A stretch of 64,000 nucleotides of DNA, taken from contig NW_024704743.1 in assembly GCF_018977255.1 (NCBI RefSeq), forward strand, positions 25,856,001 to 25,920,000, written 5' to 3'. Numbering within the stretch: position 1 is the first letter of the stretch; every line of letters begins with the position of its first letter. Under the pieces are notes generated by a model. It searched no databases, was not told the DNA's origin, and saw only the letters and a list, made by a program, of their open reading frames with translations. Made by a program: the position numbers and the translations under genes. Source of the stretch: Callorhinchus milii. Taxonomy: Eukaryota. Shown piece after piece: positions 12,522 to 24,337 of this stretch.

Positions 12522-13318
12522 CGAGCTGTACCGGTTACAGCTATGTTTGCAACCGAAGGATCCAATATGGAATCTAGACTGACACACAGACAGACACATA
12601 GACATACATTTCAGCTTTATCTATACTCATCTGGGAGGACTCCTCTTGGAGGACTCATTTTGCTGCTATTTGAGTGGGCAAGTCATTTTGCTGCGCTATT
12701 GCAGTCCTTTCAGCATTGAAGTGCAGCCGCGCTGTTCTTCGTTCTTCAGTTTCATTTGATGGGCCTTCTCTCTTTTGTCTAGGATTTTCACTTAACCTTG
12801 AAAGGTTTGATTTTCGTTTAGGCATCCTTATAACGATCAATATAAATGTATAACTTATAATCACTGGACGTCCTCCTGACGTGAAAGTTGCTTTAAAAAA
12901 TTAATTTTGTTGTAGTTGCCGCGGCTTAGCTTTGTCTGTGTTCTTTATTCTGTTCCCGCCGTCGCTTGGCTACGTGCGGGCTCTGTGACGCACGATGCCA
13001 CAGTGCCACGGACAGCCGGTGCGGCCATCAGGTGTAACTGCGGTGTGTGCGTACATAGGTAAGTGCTCTGTGATACACAATGTCACAGCGACACGCTGAC
13101 TTGGTGACCACCAGGTGTAACTGCAGCAAAAAACGCAAAACTGAAAATAACTCATGAACGATAGGAGATACTCGAAACCAAATATGCCCTTGTCTCTACC
13201 AGTTGCAAGACTTTTCCAGTTAGGTATAAATCATGTCTCTATGCCAATTGGTTAATGAGATCCTTCTTGAAGCGCACAGACATTGTCATTTTATTAGTGT
13301 ATATCTATATATAATAGA
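12522..13318 (-). mobile_element. Non-autonomous Helitron-like element, second copy (composite)
   Basis: 3' hairpin CGGTTGCA-N8-TGTAACCG, then GTACAG-CTCG|T. Internal blocks align by eye to 57925-58355; an L2 tail fragment is inserted at about 12866-12918. Confidence 0.62.
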
Positions 13319-13976
13319 TAGAAGATAATATGCCAGAATGATTCTCATTTTAAAAATAAGTCTTTGAAATTGGCAAGTTAATTGGCAATGTATTTCAAAT
13401 GCTGTAAAATATGAATTAATTTGCACTCTGAAAAGGTTTCCAAATTCCAAAGTAGCATATCTTCAAATCATTACAACATGATTTCAATAAATATGTGCAT
13501 TCCAAGTGCATATTGTAACACTAGGACAACAGGAATGTGCAGGATGTTTAGCACGTAGTCCTTTCCAAATAAAGCTGCCTTAGACTCTTTCAGTGACGAG
13601 GCCTTGAAGCTGCAGTGCGAAGGTTGTCACACTTGGAAACACACCCTAGTCAGCCAGAGTATCAGTATTCAACTCTACAGACAAGTACAGTGGAATTCAT
13701 GGACTATGGGTACCGATTTGGGGGATATTTCATCAGTAATACAGCAAGATCTCCAACAAAGTGAGGCTCATCATCAGCTATGTTGTAATTGATGAAAATG
13801 TGACTAGGTTAAAAAGTTTCAATTACACGGCAGATCAAAGAAATGCTTGTACTTTGGGGAGGGAAGGGGGGTTGGGGGAGTAGAAACAACTGATAAAAAT
13901 TATTTGCGAACACCTCGCAATTTTCTTTCACATTTCTTGTAACAGAAATTATGGTTCAACTTCAACAGTATGTGGT

Positions 13977-14213
13977 ACAACAACAACAACAACAACAACA
14001 AGATTCCATTTATAGAGCGCCTTTCACGTCAGGAGGACGTCCCAAGGCGCTGCACAGTTGGGTCATGACCCGAGCAGGGGGGAAATGGTCAGGGTGAGGG
14101 GAGGGAAGGGAGGGAGAGGAGGGGGAAATGGTCAGGGTGAGGGGAGGGAAGGGAGGGAGCGAGGAGGAGGAAGAGAGTCGAGAGGGGAGCTGAAGGCACG
14201 GTCAAAGAGAAAG
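13977..14213 (-). mobile_element. Young L2 3' tail fragment
   Basis: Nearly identical to 7447-7675, including the duplicated gggggaaatggtcagggtgagg unit. Confidence 0.92.
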
Positions 14214-14726
14214 GGGGATGCTTCGGTGTCAAGTCAATTCTATTTACTGTAGTGTAAGAGTTATCCTATGCAGGTTCTGCATATGGAACACAGATGACAG
14301 CCTCATGTACTCAGTCAGGTTAATGTCTTTGGTTCAATGCTTGTCACACTCGCCACTTGAATGGATTTCATTCTGAACCAGATGATACCAGTTTACGTAC
14401 CCTATCCCATACCAATTTAACAGCATTTTCTAATTAAATAGGAATGCTACGTGCTGCACGGTTGCCCTGGAGAAATTAACACTCTCCTTGAACTGCCAAT
14501 TTTAGCCTGGCTCCAAACCAATGAGAGTAAATCAGATTTTGTGTTAATGTTTTATCTGCCATTCCACACAGTGCAATTGATGAATCGTGTGTAATATGAT
14601 CCTGTTTCCCATCTCATCTGGATATAGCCCATATACTAGTTCAGACACAATGCAGGGCTAGAGTTAAAAGAGGGATACAAAGGAAAGGAATTCCTGTCAT
14701 AGCTCTGTCCAATTCAAACAGATCAT

Positions 14727-14958
14727 GGGAGAAATCCCACCTGGGTCTAGATTCACTCTATTTATGTAGCATTTCAGAATATCCAGAATTTGGCAATTGT
14801 TGAATTTGTCTCAACCAGAAAGCTGGTTTTCTGTGCATCTTAAAAGAAATGTACAGAAAATCGCCTTCAAAATTACAACTGTATTTAAGAATCTGCCTAA
14901 TTCTGGAAGCTCTGTAATTCTAATAGAATAAAACCAGACCCAAATGGAATATCTACAC
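14727..14958. mobile_element. MITE-like element with long imperfect terminal inverted repeats
   Basis: Left ggagaaatcccacctgggtctag..cagaatttggca, right tgcctaattctg..agacccaaatggaat. Second copy at 30800-31043. Confidence 0.65.
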
Positions 14959-15984
14959 ACAATGTCTTCCAGTCACCTGCCCAACCTCAGTCCCAGGAAT
15001 TAAATTTCACCAACAATAATTGGTTTGCAAACTTCTAAACAGGCAGTGCTGTCCATACCAAAGACAGCAATTTGCCACCAATGCGCACTTACCACAGTTT
15101 TCACAAAGAAGATAATGTATGTAATCTCTAGAGCAACCTTTTCTAGCAGATCCCTTCAAAATACAGTCTCATCACTTTACAGAATATCATGTGATGCACT
15201 TCAAGACATCTCGATGATGTGACGAAGCATGATATCAAATGCAAGGCTAGTTATTATTATATAATCATTGAAGGTAGCCACCCGTAAACATGGCAATATG
15301 GGAGCTCCCATCCAATTAATGGGGTGCCCGAGCCTAGAACATAGTCATAGAAACAGTTTTGTTCAGGTGATGGCAAACAAAATGTTTTGGGGGATTTGGC
15401 TTAAGACTGCATCGATTTCCATTCAAATAAACTGGAGATTTACATCCAAGCTGAATCTCCAGCTGCATTGTAAATGGGGCTGAACAGAAACAATTTGTTT
15501 CATGCAGTCTTAACAGACTGCCAACTTACTGATTGGCCCAAGTACTTCCAGACATTAAAAAGGATCACATGAATACTGCAGCTGATGTCATCTATTGGGG
15601 AAAATGTGTACATTAGGCTGGATTAACTCCCTCCTCAAATCTTTAAAACATTTGCCAGCAATAATTTAGCTACAAAACATTTGCCAAACATAAATCACAG
15701 GATGTCTATATCCACAATAGATTACTGTATCCAGGTGGTCCTCTTGGCTGTTATGAGGGAAAATGCTACAAAATGATTGAAGAGGTGGATCTCATTGAGT
15801 GTAATAAAAATAGTACAATTTTTTAACCAAAAAAATACCTTACAGTAGCCCCTTAAACGGAATTCAAAAAAGGTCTAGAAACAGAATAAAACGACTATGA
15901 CTGAGGCATTGCTACACTTTTATGTTATGTTCACCCTAGCCAGGTTTCAGTCTCAGACTGACACTATCACACTTGAATAAAGGG

Positions 15985-16336
15985 AATGGGTTCAAGCCCC
16001 ACATTGGCACTTTGAGCTCACAGTCTAAGTCTGACAGTTCATGTGGTCTTCAGGAAGAGCTACATTGCCAGAGGTTCAATCCTTCGGATGAGATGTTAAA
16101 ATAAAGTCCCGTCTAGTGGATGTTAAAGATCCTATTGTTAGTTTCTCCCAGTGTCTTGGCCAAGAATCCCCCAAGTAAAATTTGTCATTGACATCATGAC
16201 TATTTGAGGGACACTGCTGTGTAAAAAACTGAGTGCCATGGTCGCTTACAAGTACACAGCCACTATACTTTACTGTAAATCCTGTGAATCGCTTTGACAA
16301 AAGGCAATATATTAAATGCAAAGATTATTATTATTA
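15985..16336 (+). mobile_element. Deu-domain SINE (family B)
   Basis: gggttcaagccccac..ccttcggatgagatgttaaa..gtgtcttggccaa..aaatgcaaagattattatt. Confidence 0.8.
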
Positions 16337-16702
16337 CAGCTGGGAACACTCATCACCGTAATAATGTCCACATTCACAATGCAGAAAGCATTACCCAGCC
16401 AAGAGTGCAGACATTTCCAATTAGTTTGATTTTTAGTTCAGTACTAACAAAGATTCAGTTAGGTTTAGTAGTGCAGACTTGCTGTGTTTATACATATGTA
16501 AATTCACTGATCCATCATTGGAGCTGCCAATGATTGAGACACTGTGGGAATAAATGAAGTTTGAAGCATTGTTATAATCTCTATTGTTTTTCCTCAATTC
16601 AGTTTCAGGTTTGGCAGGACCATCATGCAAAACCAGCAATGCCAACATGCTACAAGCACTAAGAAATTATGGAAGTATGGAAATGAGGAAACACCCTGCA
16701 AC

Positions 16703-17575
16703 TAATAGAACCATAGAAATTTAAAGCACAGAAGGATGGCCATTTGGCCCATCGTGTCTGTGCTGGTTCCTTTAATATTTATCTTTTCGGTCCCATTTGA
16801 CTGCCTTTTTTTGATACCCCTGCAGTTGATTCCTTTTTAGATATCCATCTGGTTCACTTTTGAAAGCTAATATGGATTCTGTCTTAACCATCGCTCCTGG
16901 CAGGGGATTCCATATCCTAACTGCTCTGTGTGTGGAAAGCACACTAATGAACCTCACCTTTACTATATGGTGGGCCATATTGTTACTTCTGGAGGAACAC
17001 AAACTCTGATCCCCAAACAAATTGGAAGTGAAGCAACAATGTGATTTGAGCTGATCAACATAATGAAGGAAATGACAAGCTGGATAATAGACACACTTAA
17101 CTTCCCTCTGGTAGGAGATATCCAAAACAAGGGGACACAATCGTAAAATTATAATCATTAAATTAGAGCTAGGACAGTTCAAAGTCAGATCAGAAAACAT
17201 TTCTTTAACCAGAGAGTTGTGAAAATGTGGAATGCACTGCCCAGAATTCCACAGAACCTCACAGCAGAGAAACAGGCCATCGATCCAACTCGTCCATGAT
17301 GATATTTATACACCAAACAAGCCTCCATTCCCCCAAATCCAGTTTCCTATACCTTTTTATCCTATTCTCCCTCTTGTATGCATACATTTTTCTTCTTAAA
17401 TACATTGATGATTGCCATTTAACCATAACGTTTAAACATAACTTCTGGTATTGAATTCCATATCTTCACCACCCTGAGTAAAGTTCCTCCTAAACTCACT
17501 TTTAAATCTGCTATAGATGGTCTTATATTTATGCCCCAGTTTTCAAATCACCAACAGGTGGAAACAGAAGGCTGT
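16703..17575. mobile_element. Cluster of CR1 3' fragments in both orientations
   Basis: Minus-strand tail tagaaccatagaa at 16705; plus-strand ggggacacaat..aaacatttctttaaccagagagttgtgaaaatgtggaatgcactgccc at about 17100-17245; a further minus-strand tail from about 17250. Confidence 0.75.
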
Positions 17576-18799
17576 CAAGAGGAATAATTTGAATAAGTAA
17601 AATGTAAATACAATAAATATTTGGAAAGCAGTATGAAAGAAAGATTGAGAAATTTGATTAACCAATCTCCCATGACCTATTAAACTGGTGAAACCGGCTC
17701 TGTATGCTAAATGGCTCCCTCTTGTTCCATCCAGCACCTCAGATAAATTATCCCTTTTTGGGGGGACTGGGTGAGGTGTAATTTGAATTAGAGAGGAATA
17801 CTGCACAATGTTACTGGCTGAATTCCTTGCCCCTTATCAAAATAATGCCTGGGAAAATGTTCACCTAAACTAACAGAACAGGTAGATGATCTAACCTCTC
17901 ATCCAAATAAAAGGTTAATAAGGAAGGTTGTTTGAGTGCAGTACATTTCACGCCAGCAATGAATGAGGGCTCTTGCATTTTTTGACATCAGATAACACAA
18001 TGAACAAACAAAGAGTGCTGTGTACTGAGGGTAAGGATGGGCTCATGCCAAGCACAGCCTCCTGCTCTCCACTATCAACCCACCTGGGCACACTTCACCT
18101 TGGCATGCAAAAAACATCCATATCATCTTCAAGGGCAAAGTTTGGGAGATCAATGAACTTTTATACATTAAAATCAAAACCAATCCACACTTCACCTGCA
18201 ATAGTTGCAGAATATTTGCATAGTGTAATGTTGTTACAGCCTTTAGATACGGTCAGAGTGTTAAATTGAATGATTCTGGGACAGTCAGCGGAAGTGACTT
18301 CAAGCAAATCTGCCATTTTCTCCAAAAGAAAACCCGAGCAAAACTGCCGAGCACTTCACAGAAACCTGTCAGACAAATTCACACTGAATGAGATTTTAGC
18401 TCTCCACACACACACACAACTCAATATTTCTTGTAATAAACTGCTCAGCACAAGTAAGAGTTATTTAAATAAAACCCTTAGTACAGAGGCAAATGAGAGA
18501 GATAGATTTAATAAAAATGCTGGGTCCCATGATTTCCACCTTGCTCGGCTCACAACTTTGGAAAAGGAGCCTGTGCACAGGTGCTTTAAAACAGCTGTAG
18601 ATGACATTCAAACCGAAGGGGGAGGTCAGGGAACCAGGTAGTGCAAATAAATCAATTCACTAGCTTTTCACCCTACAATCTAATTTTGAATCCAGCTTGA
18701 ACAATTAGGATGAAACTTTCCTCTCTGCCGGGGTGCTAGGGTCCAATATGAAATGAATTGTAGCAATTTTGTCTTAATGATTTTCTTAATTCTTAACTG

Positions 18800-19046
18800 G
18801 AGGGATTTGAGAGTACATAAATCACTAAAAACAAGCTCACAGGTACATAAAAAACCTAAAAAGGTTAATGGAATGCTGGTCTTTATCTCAAGGGGCTGGA
18901 AAACGAAGGTGAGGAAATGATGCTTCAATTGAACAGAGCTTTGGTCAGACCCCATCTGGAGTATTGTGTTCGGTTTTGGGCACCTCACGTCAGGAAAAAT
19001 ATATTGGTTCTGGAGGGGGTACAGAGGAGATTCACCAGAATGATAC
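18800..19046 (+). mobile_element. CR1 RT C-terminal fragment
   Basis: LNRALVRPHLEYCVRFWAPH..LEGVQRRFTRMI in ORF 18917-19141. Confidence 0.88.
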
Positions 19047-20802
19047 ACTCACAGCAATCTGGACTCACTTATCTAACAATCGGGACAATATGGGTCTATG
19101 CTGAGAGGAACGTGCACCACTTCAGACTGGGACCAGACTAAATTACAAGGGATTCTGTTTCAAGATACCTAAACTGGACAGAAGCTGGATCCACGGTGAT
19201 AATGATGCGTGTTGAGGGAGGTGGTTAAAGCCAATAAACAGCACGGAGGTTTACAAGGTAACAAGTAAAGTATTGACTTCCAACATGGAGTGGACTTCCA
19301 CCCATCTGAAACACCTTCCTGAGCAGGTTACCACCTCTCTCTCTCTCTCTCTCCCCGACTCTAAGTTCCCATTGTCTATCTAGTAACCGGTAGTTGAATA
19401 TGCTGAAGCAGAATTCCAAGTTAGTTGAAGCATATTCTGCAGTTGTACTTTTCGACTTAAAAGCGACTCTCCAACTAACACACTTGAATTCTTTGAAACT
19501 CTGCTAAGCAAACAATGAACAGCATCGGCTAACAATTGCAGCACAAATCTGAAACAGTCAAACATCCCTCGTGCTACGCTAAGGCTGCAAAACACAACAG
19601 CCACCCCTTCCCCATCTCATTGGGCATTTACCTCATGGCTGTTTGTGGGATCTTGCTGATAGAAATGGCTGCTGTGCTTGTCTACAAAAGCAGTCACTAC
19701 ACTTGAGCAGTATTAACCTGTGGAGCGTTTTAAGGTGTTACGACTTGATACAACAAAGCAAGTTTTTATTTTGACACTAAACACCTCATTGAGCATTCAG
19801 ATTTACTGGGACAGAATTAAAATATAGCAGCAGCTCATTTTTCAGTTCATACAAGGCAATTGCTACACAAAATGGTTGCTGAGTTCAGGATACTCTGATG
19901 CTGTGTGGAAGACCAGGTACATAAAATGGTGGGTTTGGACAGCGCCCCACGTAAGACTTTCCAGCAAACACGCTCTTTTATTACGGAACATCTACTTTGT
20001 AAAACATTCCTTGTAAAAAGACCCTGTAATTTATACTTCTGACTTCAGGTTTCAAGAACAAAGTTATCTTTTCAAATTACCCCCCTGAAGTCGGTGAGGT
20101 CAGTAAACATTTACCACATTTCTGCCCTGTAATAATCATTAGGTTTATGTTGCGACAAACTCACAAACAAAAATCCTTTCATTTCCAAAAGATGTAATGG
20201 AAAGCCTACAGTCAAGAGGGATTGTTCTTACAAATACATTACACAAGTTTCTCCTCCACCCAGCTTGAAGCCTTTAATTTGAAGCCTCACAAACTCCATG
20301 GATGAGAAGGTGAAGCAGATGGTACTGGTAAGGACTGTCATCCAAGTGATAGAGGAGCCTGAAATAATTCTCCTCTCAAGCCTCTTTGATGTTTATTTGG
20401 AGCAGCTGTGGAATCCAGTTACCCAAGAGTTTGAGAAAACGCCCTCATTCCCCCCCCCCCACCCCCACACCTCACTGATACATCCTAATAAAGTCACCCT
20501 ACTGCATACTCAACACATCACTCGACATTCACACCTTAACCTGTCGGGGAAGTTGATCAAGCTTTTATTGTGATTTGAGTTTTAAAAAATTCAGGGTGGG
20601 GGTAGGAGAAATAAGTGCAAAAAGGCAGGTCAAGAAGGTCTGAGGGTAATGGGAGAAGGATGCAGAGGGGGTGGGTGGGTAGATGTTTTATTGCAAGGTT
20701 TTCAAAGCTGTCAAGTTGATTGATGCAAAAGTTTCTACAGTTGAAGGGTAGCTGCAAAGCATCTAATGATGGTATTTATGAAGCAACCATTGCATGAGAT
20801 AC

Positions 20803-21210
20803 TACAACAACAACATGCATTCATGTAGCGCCCTCCACGCCAGGCGACTTCCCAGAGCGCTTAACAATGGTGGAGCCCGATGTCGATCCAGGGGAAGGTG
20901 ACCATAGGCACAGTCGAAGAGGAAGGTCTTTAGGCGCAACCTGAAAATGGGGAAAGAGGGGGCAAGGCGAAGGGACTGAGGGAGGGAGCTGCATAGCTTC
21001 GGGAGTTAGGCACAGCCACTAATGGTGGAGCGGAGGATTCGCGGGATTAGGAGGAAACCGGAGCCAGTAGAGCGGAGGCAGCGGATTGTGCTGTGGGGAG
21101 AGAGGTGGTTGGAGAGATAGGGGGGTGCCAAGTTGTGGAGGGATTTAAACACTAGAGTGAGGATCTTGAAGTCGATCCGCGCTGTGACAGGGAGCCAGTG
21201 AAGTTTGGAA
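20803..21210 (-). mobile_element. Old L2 3' fragment
   Basis: (CAA)n tail followed by degenerate 3' UTR and the LHWLP..RIDFKIL coding region (gggagccagtg, gatcttgaagtcgatcc). Confidence 0.8.
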
Positions 21211-21799
21211 ATAAATACTCGTATTTAATAAGGGGCTACCTCGTCCAGTTGGGATATGTGATGGTTGTGAATAAGGCAACCAGGAGACTTGGATCATTCG
21301 TTTATACTGACTCAAATGGCAGTTCTTTCACATGCCACTATGCCAGACAGTGTTTTATGAATAGAAAAATGATCTGAAGGAGAATTCAGCCTCAATGCAG
21401 TTGCCTGCAGGCTTTAAAACAGCACAGCTAATTACAGTTTATATACAAAAAAAAGCTTCCAAACAACATACAATCAACGTAAAGCCCCTTTCCTTTCTTG
21501 GCTCTAAAGAGAATTGACTAGAAACGCACAGAGAGAATGAGATGATTACTAATAGGGGTGTTAGGAACAGCAAAATCAACCATGCGAGCCTTCCAGTGGA
21601 AGACGCAAAGGGATTATCTGAGGATATGTAGAATGAACTCTACGACTACCGCACCACAACAGTGTTTGGTGCGAGACAACAAGGCACCACCCATGCACTA
21701 AACATGGGAAAGTCATAGATTTTAATTCGGACATTTGAGATAGTTCAAAATGTCAAAACAACATCCCTGATCGTTCCACTATAAACTATCTGCCCATTT

Positions 21800-22120
21800 G
21801 CCATGTGCTGGGGGAGCCCCGCACTGTCAGAGGTGCCATCCTTCAGATTAGCTGATAAACCCCATCTGCCTGTTCAGGTGGAGTTTAAAGATCCAATGAC
21901 ACTATTCATAAAGAGGAGTTTCTCTCAATATCCTGGCCAACAATCCTCCAGTTAAAAACGGTCATTCACTTCATGGATGTTTGCGGGATATTGCTGCGTG
22001 CAAAATTAGCTGCTGTGTTTGCCTACAAAATAGTCACTACACTTTGCAGGAGGAAAATCCTGTGAAGCGCTTTCGGACGCCTCAATGCATAATATTAAAA
22101 GCATATTAAATGCAAGGTTT
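21800..22120 (+). mobile_element. Deu-domain SINE (family B), headless
   Basis: gcactgtcagaggtgccatccttcagat..aaagatccaatgacactattc..cctggccaac. Confidence 0.8.
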
Positions 22121-24090
22121 AGAATCCACACTTTGCAAAAGGAACAAGAAGCATTAAATTGAGCTGTCTCAAGTGGTAGGTGAGATGATTTCTGAAAGGC
22201 CAAAAGTGTGGGGAAAAAGCTAGAAAACAAAACAGATGGTCAAGCGAGATAGCATTTTAGCTTCCAGCCCCATTCCTTTTTTGCACCTCAAAGATAATTT
22301 TCCCCTCATCATGGTGTTTTGTCATCGCGAAATGAGGGAAGAAGATATGCATTGCTCTCCTACTAAAATAAGGCGGATCAATCACACAGCACCAGTTTGA
22401 GTCCTGAGGTTTGGGGACCACTGACCCATCCCATCACTGAAGCACCAGCACCATAAACCACTGCAGATTTCCAGCTCAAGATCTATCAATTACCAGATAG
22501 CCTACTCCACAGGCATGGAATTGTTATGCGGGGAACACCCTGCTTCCTGCCCATGGCTCAACCCAGCTTGAATCCGACATGAATCACAGACTATTAGTAA
22601 GCGTGGGTGGCGGGGTAGAGTCGCTGGGAGGGAAACACCTCACTCAGTGACTCAAACCATTCCCCATTATTACTGCAAGCCCCGTTGGACATAGACGCCG
22701 GGGGCCAACCTCTCCTCCCTCATCCTCATTCCCAGCCTCCCTGCCAATCCCTCCATCAACCCCTCCCATCTCACACATTCCCCCGGCAACTGTCCCCTCC
22801 GCACCGGCCTACAAAATGTCCGCTCCCTCAGAGCTCCCTCTGCCACCTCATGCTCCTCGACCTCTCTGTTGCCATCGATACCGTGGACCACCCCATCCTC
22901 CTCTTTCCATCCCTGTCCCCACCCCACGCTGGGGTCAAGTGATCAAGAGCGGGAACACTGATTCGTTGTCCATCCATTCCCTAATCCAGGGATCACCAAG
23001 GCCACCTGAATAACTGTAAATCCCCAAATCAGACCATCCAGTCTGCTATCGCCCCTAGTTAGAATTAACCGCCATCAAACTGACCCTGGACTGAAACTTG
23101 TAAAATTAATTTGGATATAAAAGGGAAACCCATCAGTCTATGTCTCTGGATAGTAATGATAATGGAGCATCAACACAGTAACACCCGTTTTGATCCAAGT
23201 GATCTATGCCAGTATCTGTGCTACAACCTTTAAGTGGATCTGAAGAGCACAAAGAAAGGAAGAGGAGGATCAGAGATTCAAATCAATGTTGTTTATATGG
23301 GGTTGGATTTTTTNAATATAAGCTTGTCTGAAACCCACCATCACGGTATGGTAGTTTCTCAACTTTAAGCTAAAACTGTGGTAAGCAAATTCCCATCAGT
23401 TAAAAGCATGAATTGTAATTGAAAACAGCTCCAAACTTGGAACAAATTCAAAGGCAAAATACAACCTGGACTCCAGTAGAGCAGTCAACCCCATACCAAT
23501 GCCACAGTGGTAATGACGGATCACTCAGATCAATTCATTGGACAATTATTATTATGCTGCTGTTATAACCTATTTTATGGAGCTAAAATGCACTTGTAGC
23601 TTAAGAGTCTTCAAACCGAACCACTGAAAGTTTCACACAATTCCCATTCCTGTTTGTCTGGAAATGTATATTCACTCAATTCCGAACTACCATTGCCAGG
23701 TACATCACCTTGGAGCCAACTCAGCCTCAAATTTTACCTCCTCCCCCATCCCCAAAGGACTGTAGATTTTACTGGGCACTCCTTTCACATTCCTTCCCAT
23801 ATCTACATGTTCAGTCAAGCACCATCTACAAGATAATTTTAGAGTTATCAAAAATAATTGTAATCTTGATGCCGATCTCTTCGGTCTCCACATCCTTCAC
23901 CAGTTTTCTTTTCAGTTTCTCTTGCCTTTCTAATCTATTGCCATCTATTTCCCAGTCTCAATGTCAGCTGCCTCACACAAGCTAATAAGACAACTGAACT
24001 TACAACCACCCATTCATAACATTAGGTACACATAGGACAAGCAGTTATCCATCACAAGCAACAGACCAGCATTAGAGGGCTCGCACAATA

Positions 24091-24337
24091 CACTAGAACC
24101 CCTCCCGCCATTCGGTCTGCAGAATCTCAACTAGTGTTGCAGTGGGGCACTAACACCTGTCCACGATTCCAAGTCCAAGTTCACTGCAGGATTTGCAAGA
24201 AACCAGCCGGTGTTTTAAAGTGAGCTGCCCTCCCGGCTTTCTGGGAGGACTTTTAATTTTTCCACACAGTAATCGTCTCAATCGCACTACAAGCGAACCC
24301 GTGTTATAACAAAGCGTGTTGTAATGGGGTTCCACTC
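24091..24337. mobile_element. Tc1/mariner (pogo/Tigger-type) MITE remnant
   Basis: TA|CACTAGAACCCC ... GGGGTTCCACTC|TA termini and subterminal cgtgttataac repeats. Confidence 0.5.

Noticed and set aside
19225..19604. Minus-strand ORFs in unique intronic sequence as candidate exons
   Set aside because: No similarity to Nkd or any family I recognise; includes a GA microsatellite.
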